From: Antechinus flavipes
Taxonomy: Eukaryota
Assembly: GCF_016432865.1 (NCBI RefSeq)
Contig: NC_067402.1
Location: 275,776,001 to 275,840,000 of the forward strand
Length of the DNA stretch: 64,000 bases
Reading direction: 5' to 3'
The first letter of the stretch is position 1. Each line of letters opens with the position of its first letter. A program made the translations under genes and the position numbers. Positions 1 through 12,009 of this stretch are shown in pieces. Below the pieces are notes generated by a model that worked only from the letters and a program-made list of their open reading frames with translations, was not told where the DNA came from and searched no databases.

Positions 1-309
1 GGACAGTGGGTCTTCCTTTCTCACCCAGGCTAGAAGTGCAGAGGGCATCCATGGGATCAACAGCCTAGATAACTTTGATTTCATTCTATTAACTTCCTCA
101 GAACAAAGCCAGTAGCTCTTTTAAAAGCAGAGATCATCATTGACTTCTAGTTTCCCTACCTCAATCAATCAATTCATCAACAAGCATTTATTAAATTCCA
201 ATTCCATGCCAGACACTATAGTATTTTGGATGGGCTAATGGACCCATAGCACATACATATGTAAATAAATACAGAATAAATATGAAATAAATATAAAATG
301 GCTTAGGGA

Positions 310-537
310 GGGGCAGCTATGTGGTACCTAGTACATAGAACATCATAGTGCATAGATTGTTATCAGGAAGTCATCCTCATGATGACTCTAGGCAAGTCAC
401 TTAACCCTGTTTGTCTCAGTTTCTTTTCTATAAAATGAACTGTGGAAGGAAATTGCAAAGCACCCTAGTATCTTTGCCAAGAAAACATCCAACGAGATTA
501 TGAAGACTCAGACATGACTGAAAATATCACAATAATA
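310..537 (+). mobile_element. MAR1-type marsupial CORE-SINE
   Basis: GGGGCAGCTA head, CORE-like gcaagtcacttaacc, RTE-like tail gaaggaaattgcaaagcaccctagtatctttgccaagaaaac...agacatgactgaa. Confidence 0.7.
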
Positions 538-699
538 GCTTAGAGAAGATGAAAAGACCTCAGAAAAGGCTTCATATTGATGAAATGAAACCTCAGAGTT
601 GTTTTGATTTGCATTTTCTTCTTTATTACTGATTTAGAGAATTCTTTGTTAAATATACCAAGAAAGCTAATTTAGCTAGATCTGAAAGGCAGGAAGGCA

Positions 700-965
700 A
701 ATCAAATGATGTAGTACTGTCTTGTTGTAGTCCAATTGTGAAGGGTTTTAAAAGGCAAATAGGAGTTTTATATTTGATCCTAGAGGTGATAGGAAGTCAT
801 TGCAGTTTGTTGAATAGGATCATGAAATAGGTGAGACCATACTGTTTTGAAATGTGAGTGGAAGGAGGACTGAAGCGGGAAGAGGCTTGAAGCCAGGAAG
901 TCAATAGAAGGCTATTATACCCGGCAACAGATGAGATAAGCCCAAGCTAGTGGGGGTGGTTGTGC
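700..965 (-). mobile_element. L2 LINE fragment
   Basis: gaagggttttaaaaggcaaataggagttttatatttgatcctagagg...gaagccaggaagtcaatagaaggctatt resembles antisense L2 by eye. Confidence 0.5.
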
Positions 966-1122
966 TTATTAAATTTGGTTGATTGACTGATTATTCTTGT
1001 AGTACTAAACAAATGACAAAAATAGTCCTTTCTCTAATTGTAACTTCACTTCTTCAATTACACAGATAAACCTTTAGTTGTTTTTTTTTTTTTTTTAATT
1101 GTTTTTCCTGCTCATTGTCTAG

Positions 1123-1188
1123 GGCAGCAAAACATCTGCTGATATAGATGATGTCCTAGCTCTGAGATCCAATGGACATCCCAAATAG
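1123..1188 (+). CDS. Candidate terminal coding exon of an unknown plus-strand gene (GSKTSADIDDVLALRSNGHPK*)
   Basis: Long T-rich tract ending ctcattgtctag at 1122; phase-0 frame gives 21 aa then TAG; unique sequence; no homology recognised. Confidence 0.25.
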   Translation, partial: GSKTSADIDDVLALRSNGHPK

Positions 1189-1404
1189 AAAAAAAAAAAC
1201 AAAAACATGCTTATTCATTCATTTTATTTTGATTGTCAGATTTAATGGCACACAGTTGGGCAAAATAGCTCCTAATTATTGCTTTAATTTCCTCTTCAAT
1301 GGTAGGGAATTCCCCCTTTTCTTTTTTTCTTTTTTTTGGAGAGAAGGCAGTTGGGATATCCTTATTCAGTTTTCTTTAGAAGTCCATGATACCTAACTTT
1401 AACT

Positions 1405-2119
1405 TCTTTCTTGTTTATTTTGTGGTTAAATTTCTCTAGTTCTGAAGGGGGAAGTTGAGGTCCCCCACTATTATAGTTTTGCTGCCTATTTCTTTCAGTA
1501 ACCCACTTAATTTATCCTTTAAGAACCTGGATGCTATGCCATGTGATGCATATATATTTAGTATTGATAAGACTTCATTATCCACGTTACCATTTAACAA
1601 GATGTAGTTTCCTTGTCTTTTAATTAAATTTTTTCTTTTTCTTTTTTCTGAGATCAGGATTGTAACTTTTGATTTTTTTTTTTTTTTTTTTGCTTCATTT
1701 GAAGCATAATATATTTGGCTCCAGCCTTTTATCTTTACTTTGTATGTGTCTCTCTGCTTCAAATATGTTTCTTGTAAACAACATATTGTAGGGTTCTGGT
1801 TTTTAATTCCCTCTGCTATGTGTTTGGTTTTATGGAAAAGTTCATCCCATTCACATTCACAGTTATGGTTCCCAGCTGTGTATTTCAGTCCATCTTATTT
1901 TTCCCCCTGTTAATACTTGTCCTCCTCTCTCTTTTCATCCCTCCTTACAGGTGTTTTGCTTCTGACTACTGCCTCCCTCAATTTGCCCTCCCTTCTATCA
2001 TCTCATTCCATTCCTCCCTCCTTCTCCTACTATTTCTAGATAGAATAAAATGGATTTCTTTATTCAACTGAGTGTGATTCTATTCTCTCTGAGCCAAATC
2101 CAATGAAAGTAAGGTTCAA
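1405..2119 (-). mobile_element. L1 ORF2 endonuclease region (left part of an interrupted L1)
   Basis: ORF 1436-1762 encodes KGWSQIYYAS...GNYILLNG...ILNIYA...IIVGDLNFPL, typical L1 APE endonuclease motifs. Confidence 0.9.
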
Positions 2120-2307
2120 CAGCAAGGTAATTAAGCCAGTTCCTATGGTCTTATGATGGAGAGAGCCATCTGTACCCAGACAGAGACCTGTGGGGACTAA
2201 GTGTGGATCACAACATAGTATTATCACTTTTTTCTTGTTAGGTTGCATTTTGTTTTCTTCTTCATTTTTTTCCTTTTTGATCTGATTTTTCTTTTTTTTT
2301 TTTTACT

Positions 2308-2450
2308 GGAGTAGCTAGGTGGTGCAATGGATAGAGCACCAGCTCCAAGTCAGGAGGATTTATCTGAGTTCAAATCTGATCTCAGACACTAAATACTTCC
2401 TATCTGTATGACTCTGGGCAAGTCACTTAATTGCCTAAGCAAAAAAAAGA
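2308..2450 (+). mobile_element. WSINE1-type tRNA-derived SINE
   Basis: ggagtagctaggtggtgcaatggatagagcacc...gagttcaaatc...gggcaagtcacttaattgcct plus A tail. Confidence 0.85.
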
Positions 2451-2514
2451 GAAAAGAAATAAAAGAAATAATATGAACATATATAAATAAATATGAAATC
2501 TATAAAAAATATTA

Positions 2515-2920
2515 AAATTTTTATTAAAGCTTTTTATTTTCAAAACATATGCATGAAATAATTTTTCAATATTGACCCTTGTAAAACTTTGTGCTCCAAA
2601 TTTTCCTCCTCTTCCCCGCCCCCCTCACTCCCCTAGATGGCAAGTAATCCAATATATGTTAAATATGTTAAAATATATATTAAATTGAATATATGTATAT
2701 ATATTTATACAATTATCTTGCTGCAAAAGAAAAATCAGATCAAAAAGGAAAAAATGAGAAAGAAAACAAAATTCAAGCAAACAATAACAAAAAGAATGAA
2801 TGCTATATTGTGATCCACACTCAGTCTCCACAGACCTCTCTCTGAGTTTAGATGGCTTTCTTCATCACATGATTATTGGAACTGGTCTTAATTATCTCAT
2901 TGTTGAAAAGAGCCATGTCC
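2515..2920 (-). mobile_element. L1 3' end
   Basis: tttattaaagctttttattttcaaaacatatgc...ccctagatggcaagtaatccaatatatg; same family as the copies at 20341, 40075 and 45075. Confidence 0.85.
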
Positions 2921-3162
2921 TTGATCTGATTTTTCTTGTGCAGCAAGATAAATGTGAAAATATATATAGAAGAATTGCACATGTTTAACATATATTGAAT
3001 TACTTGCCATCTAGTGGAGGGAGTAGGGGAAGGAAGAAAAAAATTTGAAACATAAGGTTTTGCAAGGGTGAATTTATTTTACTTCATTTTTTGCAAAGGT
3101 GAATGTTGAAAACTATCTATGCTTATGTTTGAAAATAAAAAGCTTTATTTTTTTTAAAAAAA

Positions 3163-4390
3163 GAAAGTACAGTTCAAACAATGTTCATCCCCTCCCTTCT
3201 TCTTTCTACTGTAATAAATCTTTCATGCCTCAACATGTGATATAATTTATCTCATTGTCTTCTCTCAGCACAATTTTTTTTTCACCCCTTAATAAAAAAC
3301 TACATCAAAGCCAAAATACCCATACCTGTTGTCTAAGTATATTCTTTCTAACTGTCCTTATAGAGATACAGTTCTCAAGAGTTACATGTATCATCTTCTC
3401 AGTTGTTTTCCAATGACATTTTCTTTTCTTTTTCATTTCTTTTGATTTTGTTTGACTAGTTCTTGATGTCTCATAAAGTCATTAGCTTCAACTTGCCCAA
3501 TTCTATCTTCTAATGAATTATTTACTTTGATTAGCTTTCATTGCCTCCTTTCCCATTTGGCCAATTCTACTTTTAAGGAGTTATTTTCTTCAATCATTTT
3601 TTTTTTTTTTTTTACTTTCTTTTCTAAGCTGTTGACTCTTTTTTTCATAATTCTCATTTCTTTTCTTAACTTTTCTTCTATCTCTCTTAATTGATTTTTA
3701 AAATCCTTTTTGAGGTCTTCCAAGGAGACTTTTTTGGCTTGAGATTAATTCATCTTCTACTTTGAAGTTTTGCATGTAGCATTTTGACATTATTGTTCTC
3801 TTTGGAATTCATCTTTTGATCTTTGCCATAGTAGCTTTCTATAGTCAGGGTTCTTTTTTTTTCCTCTCATTTTTAAGAGTTGAGCTCTGTAATTGGGGTA
3901 CAGGAGTCACTGCCCCAAACTTCTTGCATTGGGGACACTGATTTTCAGCTCCAGAGCCCCTGGGGTGGCAGTTTGCCACTGGGCTAGAGTGGCTGGTCTA
4001 GTCATGATTATTGTGCCCTGGGTTCTGGGGCCAGGGGCTGTACCACTGGTCTGCTGAGCTAGAACTACAGGTTCTTGTGTGCTGATCCATGCTGTGGCTA
4101 AGAACCTTCCACTGGCTTGCCTAGACACTGCTTGTGTTGGGCTCCATTCCCCTTTTACCCAAGTGAGCTAGACTTTTCCTAAAGTCCTTCTAAGTTGTCT
4201 TGGGCTGGAAAACTCTTTCATTCTTGTCTTTTTGTGGGTTCTGTCATTCCAGTATTTTTTTACAGGCTTGATTTAATGTTGTTTCTGACAGAAACTGGGG
4301 AGAGCCCAGGCAACTTCCTGGCTTTTCTCTGCCATCTTGGCTCTGTCCCCAATCCAGTTATGTTCTATTCTGTTTTATGGTGAAGTAGCA
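3163..4390 (-). mobile_element. L1 ORF1 remnant and 5' UTR (right part of the interrupted L1)
   Basis: ORF 3538-3723 MEDLKKDFKNQLREIEEKLRKEMR... is L1 ORF1 coiled-coil-like; more GC-rich 5' UTR-like stretch at 3900-4390. Confidence 0.8.
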
Positions 4391-4686
4391 ATTGGAAAGA
4401 ATCCTCTAGGAGGCATATGGTCAATTATCTTTTTAATGTGCTCACCAGAACAAACTCTCCTTCTTTAGGCACTTTCATTGGGCTCCAGATCAAATCAGAA
4501 AATGGATTTTGTTGGGGAAGGGGAGCACATGCTCTTACCACACATATGTATATATACATCTTTATATGTAGACACACATGTATTTATATGTGTATAAATA
4601 CATATACACATAGGTATATAGTTAGAAGTGTATACATGTATATATGAAAATATATGTATATATGCAGACATGTGTATGTATATATA

Positions 4687-5295
4687 GACCATGTTTATTT
4701 TAATTAAAATGCAATACTACAAAAGAAATGTAGAAAAATGCCTACCAACTTAAAAAAAAAAAAGATCTCCATATATGTTGCAGAATACAGTCTCCAGAAG
4801 ATTTCTGCAATTCCACCAGCAGTAGAAAAATATTTATTTGACTAGAGACTTATGTGGAGAGGTTTATCACATAAGAAACACATTTGGAAAAAAAATAAAA
4901 GAAACACATTTTGAAAAAAATAAAAGAAATACATTGGGCTGAGTTACTTGCTCTTCAAATGTCTGTATATGCACACACATGTAGGTATATAAATATAAAT
5001 ATATGTGTGTATGTATGAAAATATATGTATATGTATGTATAGATCATGTTTACTTTAATTCAAATGCAATATTACAAAAGAAATGTAGAAAAATAGATCT
5101 ACCAACTTAAACAGAAAAATACAATCTTCTTATATGTTACAGAATACAGTCTCCAGAAGATTTTTGCAATTCCAACAGCAGCAGAGAGAATCCACAAAAG
5201 CAAAATATATGCTGGCAAACTTAAGTAGAGAGACTTATCACATAAGAAACACATTTGGGGGGAACACATTTGGCTGAGTTACTCACTCTTCATGT
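4687..5295. repeat. Diverged local tandem duplication, period about 335-370 bp
   Basis: gaccatgtttattttaattaaaatgcaat...gaatacagtctccagaagattt at 4687 recurs at 5042; ttatcacataagaaacacatttgg at 4864 and 5235. Confidence 0.9.
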
Positions 5296-6099
5296 GCTGC
5301 ATATTGACTTTTAGCATATTGACAATAGCATTGTAACAATGCTGTTATTCTCCACCATGAATTAATGCCCTCTTCTGGGTTTCTCTTCTGACTTCTGCTG
5401 TTCTCTGTTCAAAATGACTTTGGGAAAGTTATTTAACTTTTCTAGATTTTAGTTTCCTTTTTCACAAAGTGAAGGGGTTAGAGCAGAAGATCTCTAAGGT
5501 CCTATCTAGCTGAGATCTGTGATCCTATCTCCTGTAGGGAGAGCAGATTTTTCCAACTCTTTAACTTATAGCCCTAGGGACTATTTTATCTCTTCTGTGA
5601 TTCAGATTTCAGCAAAACCCATCCAGTCAGCATTCCTGAAGAGCTCTTAGACATTTTAAAGTCTATCTTTTGAATTCTTTTTTTTTTTTTTTCTATTGCT
5701 AGTAATAGTCATCTAGTGTAAACTTGTATCTGAGTTATGGTTTGAATATTCCTTTTGATTCCCATCCTACTTATGGTCAGTACAAATCATTCTGGGGACT
5801 CCACTGAATAAAGCTGCAAAGACTCTGGGTAGAGCTGTGATAGGGGGATTCCTTTCCATAGCACCAGCACCATGTCTTTCTCAATTGCCAGAAAAAAATC
5901 AACTCAGAAATAAGACTAAAAAGGGCTAGGTGGGGCTGATGGAATGGTCCACCTTTGTTCCATTTCAATAGTAATCAAAGTTGTTCTACTTCCTACTAAC
6001 AAAGAAAAAGTTAAGAAGAACTGACCAACACAGAACCTGTTCTCCTGTTCTGTGAGGAGGGAAGTATGGTTCATTGACTGTACTCTGGGAACCATTATT

Positions 6100-6925
6100 A
6101 CATTCATTGCATATAACCAGAGTCCTTCTGTCTTTTAGTGTTGTTTTTATTCACATCATTGTGTATGTGATTCTCTGGATTCTGCTTCCTTCCCTTTGTA
6201 TCAATCCATATGAGTCACCCTGTGTTTCTTTGAATTCTTCATATTCATTCATCATTTCTCATTCATCATTCCAATATTCCATTACATTTGGATATCAATA
6301 TTTATTCATCTATTTATCAATTTATTGTTTTTATCTTTGCCATCATGTACTTTTGTGAATACTTTGGAACACAGGAAATCTTTCTTTCTGTCTTTGACCA
6401 CCTTGGAGCATATGCCCAATGGTAGTGGTGATGGGAAATGAACATGTCACTGAATTGAATTTTGGACTTTTTATGTATAATTTGAAATTATGTTCCAGAT
6501 TCTTATTAAAACAATAAGTATTTTTTTTTAAAGTATAAAAAATTTTATAGGGGCAGCTAAGTGGCGCAATGGATAGAGCATCAGCTCTGAAGTCATGAGG
6601 ACATGAGTTCAAATCTGATCTTAGACACTTAACACTTCCTGGCTGTATAACCCTGGGCAAGTCACTTGTCCTCAATTGCCTCAGCAAATATATATATATT
6701 TGAGTGCCTACCATCCCACAGGCCCTCCACACTGGCTATTTCAGCCTTTCATCATGTTTCTAATTTAACAAGTGTGAGGTTAAACTTCAAAGTTGTTTTA
6801 ATATGCACTTCTCTTATTAGTATTGATTTGACACAGTTTTCATATGGGTGTAGATGGATTGAAACTCTTTTGATCCTTTGTCTATTAAGGAATGATTCAC
6901 TTACACATTCGTATCTTGAATGAAT
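6100..6925 (-). mobile_element. Old L1 3'-region fragment interrupted by a SINE
   Basis: cattgtgtatgtgattctctggattctgcttcc...catatgcccaatggtagtgg...tcaaagttgttttaatatgcacttctc; typical antisense L1 by eye. Confidence 0.65.
6550..6690 (+). mobile_element. WSINE1-type SINE
   Basis: ggggcagctaagtggcgcaatggatagagcatcagctctgaagtcatgaggacatgagttcaaatc...aattgcctcagcaaa. Confidence 0.9.
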
Positions 6926-7185
6926 TTTTTAAAAATATGGATCTCTATAGAAAGAGAGACACTGAATTCTTTAAGACCTGGTCATGAATAGCTGCTTTCT
7001 CTTCTGTTCCAATTGCCTTGCTATCCCTCCCCTCTCCCAGTTCCAAGGAGTAAAATGTCACCGAGGCAGATTTTTCCAGGAGTGAGATTTTCTTTCTTCA
7101 GTGGTAGAAACGTGGGCCAGATCATGAACTCTGAAGTGAAATTTCTGCCTGCCTTAAAACACCAGGCTTTATTTTTGGCTTTTAG

Positions 7186-7236
7186 GTAACCTCCCCCTCT
7201 TCTGGACACATATCAAGCCTTTTGGCCCAAACGCAG
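7186..7236 (+). other. Candidate 51-nt cassette exon
   Basis: atttttggcttttag acceptor and CAG|gtaagg donor; length divisible by 3; phases 0 and 1 open; lies in a repeat-free island. Confidence 0.2.
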
Positions 7237-7374
7237 GTAAGGATGACGGAACTCGGTTCAGTTCCTTTTCCAGAGCAGAAACTGTGTATCATTGTAGGAT
7301 AGCATGTCATGGCTCAGAATTCCCCATTCAACATGGCTTCCTTTGCCTTTCAGCACTCCAGGAGATGGGCTCAC

Positions 7375-7461
7375 TGGGGATGTTCATAAACCATAAATTT
7401 CCATTCAAATGATACTAATCTTAACTGAAATCATGTGGGCCAGATAACTCTCCTCCTGACC
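7375..7461 (-). other. Candidate exon J of the minus-strand transcript (87 nt)
   Basis: Minus strand: gctgttttccgcag acceptor, CCA|gtgagc donor; all frames hit a stop (phase 2 gives WVRRRVIWPT*). Confidence 0.25.
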
Positions 7462-7680
7462 CTGCGGAAAACAGCTCCTCATGCCGAAAATTAGGACGCT
7501 GCTATGGGGCCAACATCATGAGCTCAGAAGGATATGGCCACTGCAGGGACCTTCCAAATGGTAGTAGGAAGGCACCAGGCCCCTGGAACTTAGCAGCATC
7601 TAGGCAGGAGTTGAAAAGTTGAATTATATTACTCGGGATCATCACATTATTTGTGACCTCTTACTAGATAAAAGCACGCG

Positions 7681-7705
7681 CACACACACACACACACACA
7701 CACAC
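7681..7705. repeat. (CA)n microsatellite
   Basis: Direct reading. Confidence 0.95.
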
Positions 7706-8059
7706 CCCTTCTCAAAGTGAATGTGAATGGAATGTACAGTAAACTGAATTCCCAGAATTTCAGAGCTTAGAATCCTAAGTTCAGAAACTACCTCAGAGAC
7801 CGTTTGACCCAAGCCCCTCATTTTATAAAGGAGATGCTGAAGCCCAGAAAGATCAAGAAATCAAAAGCTCTGGAGCTTATTTTGATATTTTCCTATAAAT
7901 ATAATGTAGAGAGGCAGCAATGATGAAAGGCAGATAACTAGCAGGCTTCAGAGTCAGGAAGGTCTGGGGTCAAGGCTCATCTCTGATATATTGAGATTCT
8001 TGGCAAATTCCAGTTCACTACAGTGCAGACAGTGGACTGACCTGCTTTGACAAAGAGTT

Positions 8060-8860
8060 TATCTATTTATCTTTCTATCTACCTACCTATCCACCCATCC
8101 TCCTTCTCTTTCTTTCTCTCTCTCCTCCCCCCTTATCCATCCATCCATCCAAATATCCTATTTCTCTATTTATCCATCCAAACATTCTATCTTTCTATTT
8201 CTCCATCCATCTGTCCATCTATCTACCTACCTACTTATCTACTTACCTACCTACTTACTTATCCATCCATACATCTATCNNNNNNNNNNNNNNNNNNNNN
8301 NNNNNNNNNNNNNNNNNNNNNNNNNNNNNNNNNNNNNNNNNNNNNNNNNNNNNNNNNNNNNNNNNNNNNNNNNNNNNNNNNNNNNNNNNNNNNNNNNNNN
8401 NNNNNNNNNNNNNNNNNNNNNNNNNNNNNNNNNNNNNNNNNNNNNNNNNNNNNNNNNNNNNNNNNNNNNNNNNNNNNNNNNNNNNNNNNNNNNNNNNNNN
8501 NNNNNNNNNNNNNNNNNNNNNNNNNNNNAAAAATCCATCCATCCAATCTGCCTATCCATCTATCTACCTATTTTCTATCTATCTATTTATCTATCTATCT
8601 ATCTTCTTTCTATCTATACATCCACTTATCTACCTCCCCTCTCTTTTTTTCTCTTTCTTTATCTGTCCATCCAAACATCCTATTTATCTATTTATCCATC
8701 CATCTATCCTATTTCTCTCTCATCTATCCATCCATCCATCCATCCATCCAAACATTCTATCTTTCTATCTCTCCATTCATCTGTCTGTCTGTCTACCTAT
8801 CTATCTAACTATCCATCTATTCATCCATCCATCCATCCATCCATCCACCTATCTACCTAC
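8060..8860. repeat. Compound (CATC)n/(CTAT)n/(CCTA)n tract containing a 249-N assembly gap (8280-8528)
   Basis: Direct reading; longer sub-blocks such as catccaaacattctatctttctat recur on both sides of the gap. Confidence 0.95.
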
Positions 8861-9024
8861 TTATTTTTTCCATTTCTAATTCTAATTCTGAGATTGCAGG
8901 GGTGTTAATCTACATTGGCAGAAAATTCTTATCTGGGAAGTTCCCTATGGAAGACCCAGTCTTCAGTCTAGCTCCATTTTTTATATTGCTTATATGAGTA
9001 AATATTTTTTCACAGTAGATAGAT

Positions 9025-9425
9025 CTAGCCTTTGAGTCAGGAAGACCTGACTTCAACTCTAGTCCCAGACACTTCCTACTTTTATGACCCTAAGCAATTT
9101 ACTTAACTTCTGTCTGACTCATGTAAAATATAAAATGGGGGATAATAATAGTCAACTCTCAGAGCTGTGAAGATCAAATAAGATATTATATATAGAGCAC
9201 TGTGTAATCTTTAAGGCATGAAATATAACCATTGACTATTGTTACAGCAATATTAATATTAACAATTATAATAGAAGTGAGTTTCTTGAGGGAAAGGACT
9301 GCTCCATTTTTCTTTTTATATTTACATTTTATGTTTTTTTATATGATATTTTTATTTTTATCTTTAGAAGTTAACAAAATGCTTAATACATAGTAGGAGC
9401 TTAATAAATGTTTGTTAATTGAACT
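9025..9425 (+). mobile_element. MIR (about 9025-9240) followed by an L2 3' end (about 9270-9425)
   Basis: gagtcaggaagacctgac...taaaatgggggataataata; then cttgagggaaaggactg...catagtaggagcttaataaatgtttgtt. Confidence 0.7.
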
Positions 9426-9914
9426 GGAACCAGCCTTTTCTGTCCATCAAGAGGATGAATTATATTGATTTAAGAAAGGAATGATTTAGGATAGATAGTT
9501 TTTTATAGATGCCTAACAATATGGATACATTAATTTGTGGATATTTCTTACTCTAAGAAACAGAATATGTCAGAATTCAAATTCCTAAAACTCTTTAGCT
9601 GTATTACTGGGAGAGCATTAATAGTCATTCCCATTACAGAAAGATCCTTTCTCTGCATAAGGAATCAACATTTTTAAAGGCTAGAGGACTAGCTCTGGGG
9701 TCAGGAAAACCTGAATTGAAATCCTACCTTTGATGTAGACAATAGATGTAAAGCTGGATGGGACCTTCAAATTTACCTCATTTAACCTCTTAATTTTACA
9801 GATGAAGAAAGTGAAGCCCAAAGAGATGAGAAAGTGGCAAAGCTATGATCTGAATTCAGATTTTTGGAATCTAAATTGTAAATCTAAATTTGGAATCTAA
9901 ATGTTTTTCTATGA

Positions 9915-10480
9915 CCAAAGGGCTATAAAACCATGCATACCCTTTGATTCAGTTTCTATTAGTGGGTTTGTATCCCAAGGAAATCATAAAGAAGGAAAAA
10001 GGATTTACATGTGCAAAAGTTTGTATCAGCTCTTTTTGCAAAGAATTGGAAAATGAGTAGATGCCCATCAAGTGGGAAATGACTAAATAAGCTATGGTAT
10101 GTAAAAGTAATGCAATATTGTTATATAAAAAATGATGAACAAGCTGATTTTAGAAAGACCTGAAAAGATTTATATGAACTGATGCAGAGCGAAACAAGTA
10201 GAACCAGGAATACTTTGTACATAGCAATAGTAAAATTGTGCAATGATTAACTACGAAAGACTTGATTCTTCTTAGTGATTCAGTGATCCAAAGAAATCCC
10301 AATAAACTTTGGTTAGAAAATGCCATCCACATCCAGAAAGGGAATATGAAGACTGAATGTAAATCAACACATGCCATATTTGCTTTTTTCTGTTTTTTTT
10401 TTTCCCCCTCTTGTGGTTTTTCCATTTTGTTCTGATTTTTTTCCTCTGAACATGATTCATAAATGTGCATTAAAAATTAA
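9915..10480 (+). mobile_element. L1 3' end (end of ORF2 and 3' UTR)
   Basis: catgcataccctttgattcag...gatgcccatcaagtgggaaatgactaaataagctatgg...gaactgatgcagagcgaaacaagtagaaccagg. Confidence 0.85.
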
Positions 10481-11039
10481 AAATATATGTATAACCAGAA
10501 ATAATAAAACAATAATAAATTCAATTTCTTTTCACTGTTCCACATTGTGTCCATGAGCAAGTGACTACCTCTCCATGCCTTGGGCCATTCTCTAAGACTC
10601 TAAGATAAGAAGAATTGTTAGGGAGAATTCTCCATACCAACAAAACCATAGGCCAATAAAAGGTTTAAAAAATTAATGAAAGTTTGGCTGAGAGATAGTC
10701 AAGTAATAGTCACCCTTGGAGTGAAACTTGGAGGGAAAGTTATTCAAAAGGTTTATTTTTTCTTTTACTATCAAGCCACTTCTGAAATGACATCAATTTC
10801 CTTATTTGTAAAGGAGGGTATTGGACTAGATGGTCTTTGAGGTCCCCTCTTATGTTTAAAGATATCACTTCAGCAGGGGTTCACCATATACAGGGAATCT
10901 TTTCCATGAGAACTTTCCTGTGGACCATCTCTATGATGGTGGAAAATACTTTTGGTGAACATGTACCTCCATGTTTATATCTTGTTTAACATTAATAATC
11001 AGAAGGTCATTAAACAAAGCTATTCATCTATATATAATT

Positions 11040-11640
11040 TGCACAGCTATTATGGAAAGCACTTTGGAATCATACCCTCCAAATCACTAAACTGTGCACT
11101 CAATACCCCTACCAGTTCTATTACCCCTAAAGAGATTTTTAAAAAGGAAAATATATCAATATTTAGAAAAATAGTTATAAAAGCTCATTTTGTTATAGAA
11201 AAGACCTGATAACTAAGGGGGTGCCTATCAATTGGGAAATGGCTGAGGAAATAGGGGTATGCAAACATAATGGAATATACTATTGTATCATAAGAAATGA
11301 AGGAGAAGATTACAGAGAAACTGAAGGAGACTTGAAGGAGGGATGCAGAGTGAAGTGAGCAGACCAGGAGAATAATTTATATACATTAACAACATTGTAA
11401 TAAGAAACAAATTTAAGAAATCTGATCAGTGCGACGATCGTTTCCAGAGGACTTGGGATGAAGCAACATACTCACCTCATGAATGAGAGGTAATGAGCTC
11501 AAGATCCAGAAAGAGACATACATTTTGGGGCACAGCCAACATGGAGACTTGCTTTGACTCTATGTATATATTTTTATTACAAAGCATGGATAGTGCTAGT
11601 GGGAGAAACCGAAAACAAATGCTTGTTAATTAAATGTAAG
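11040..11640 (+). mobile_element. Older L1 3' end
   Basis: ggaaagcactttggaa...gtgcctatcaattgggaaatggctgagg...gatgcagagtgaagtgagcagaccaggag. Confidence 0.75.
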
Positions 11641-12009
11641 GCAAATTTAAAAAGTGAATCTTGAATTATTTTAACACAAAATAATAGCTCATTTAAGGGA
11701 AGACTTTAAACCTGCATTGTGTTCTACCAAATCAAAATTTTTTTAGCACAATGCAATCTTGTATTCTTTGCACCTTTCGATTAATTGTGAGTGACTTTAA
11801 AGTTGTGATCTGCTGTTGAATGCCATTTATAAATTCTGCCTGTTCCTTCTTGAACTTCACCATAGGATTATAACCCTAGAACTAGAAGGGGCTTTTGAAT
11901 TTTGCAGATGAGGAACTTGAGGCCCAGAAAGGTAAAGTGTTTTGCCCAGATGTGATAATATATATCATAATGATAATTTTTTCGGAATCAAGATTTGGAC
12001 TTAGGTCTT

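Larger units (their letters stand above)
2120..3162 (+). mobile_element. L1 3' end, split into 2120-2293 and 2921-3162 by a later insertion
   Basis: The halves rejoin as ...ttgatctgatttttcttgtgcagcaagataa...; ends with aataaa and an A tail; flanked by gaaagta(ag/ca)gttcaa at 2105-2119 and 3163-3177. Confidence 0.8.

Noticed and set aside
1-60. 7SL/Alu-like fragment (ctcacccaggctagaagtgcag) on the minus strand
   Set aside because: Only about 40 bp of partial similarity at the window edge; at most a retroposed scrap, not an RNA gene.
8047-8808. 253-aa ORF and overlapping minus-strand ORFs
   Set aside because: Artefacts of simple repeats and translation through the N gap.
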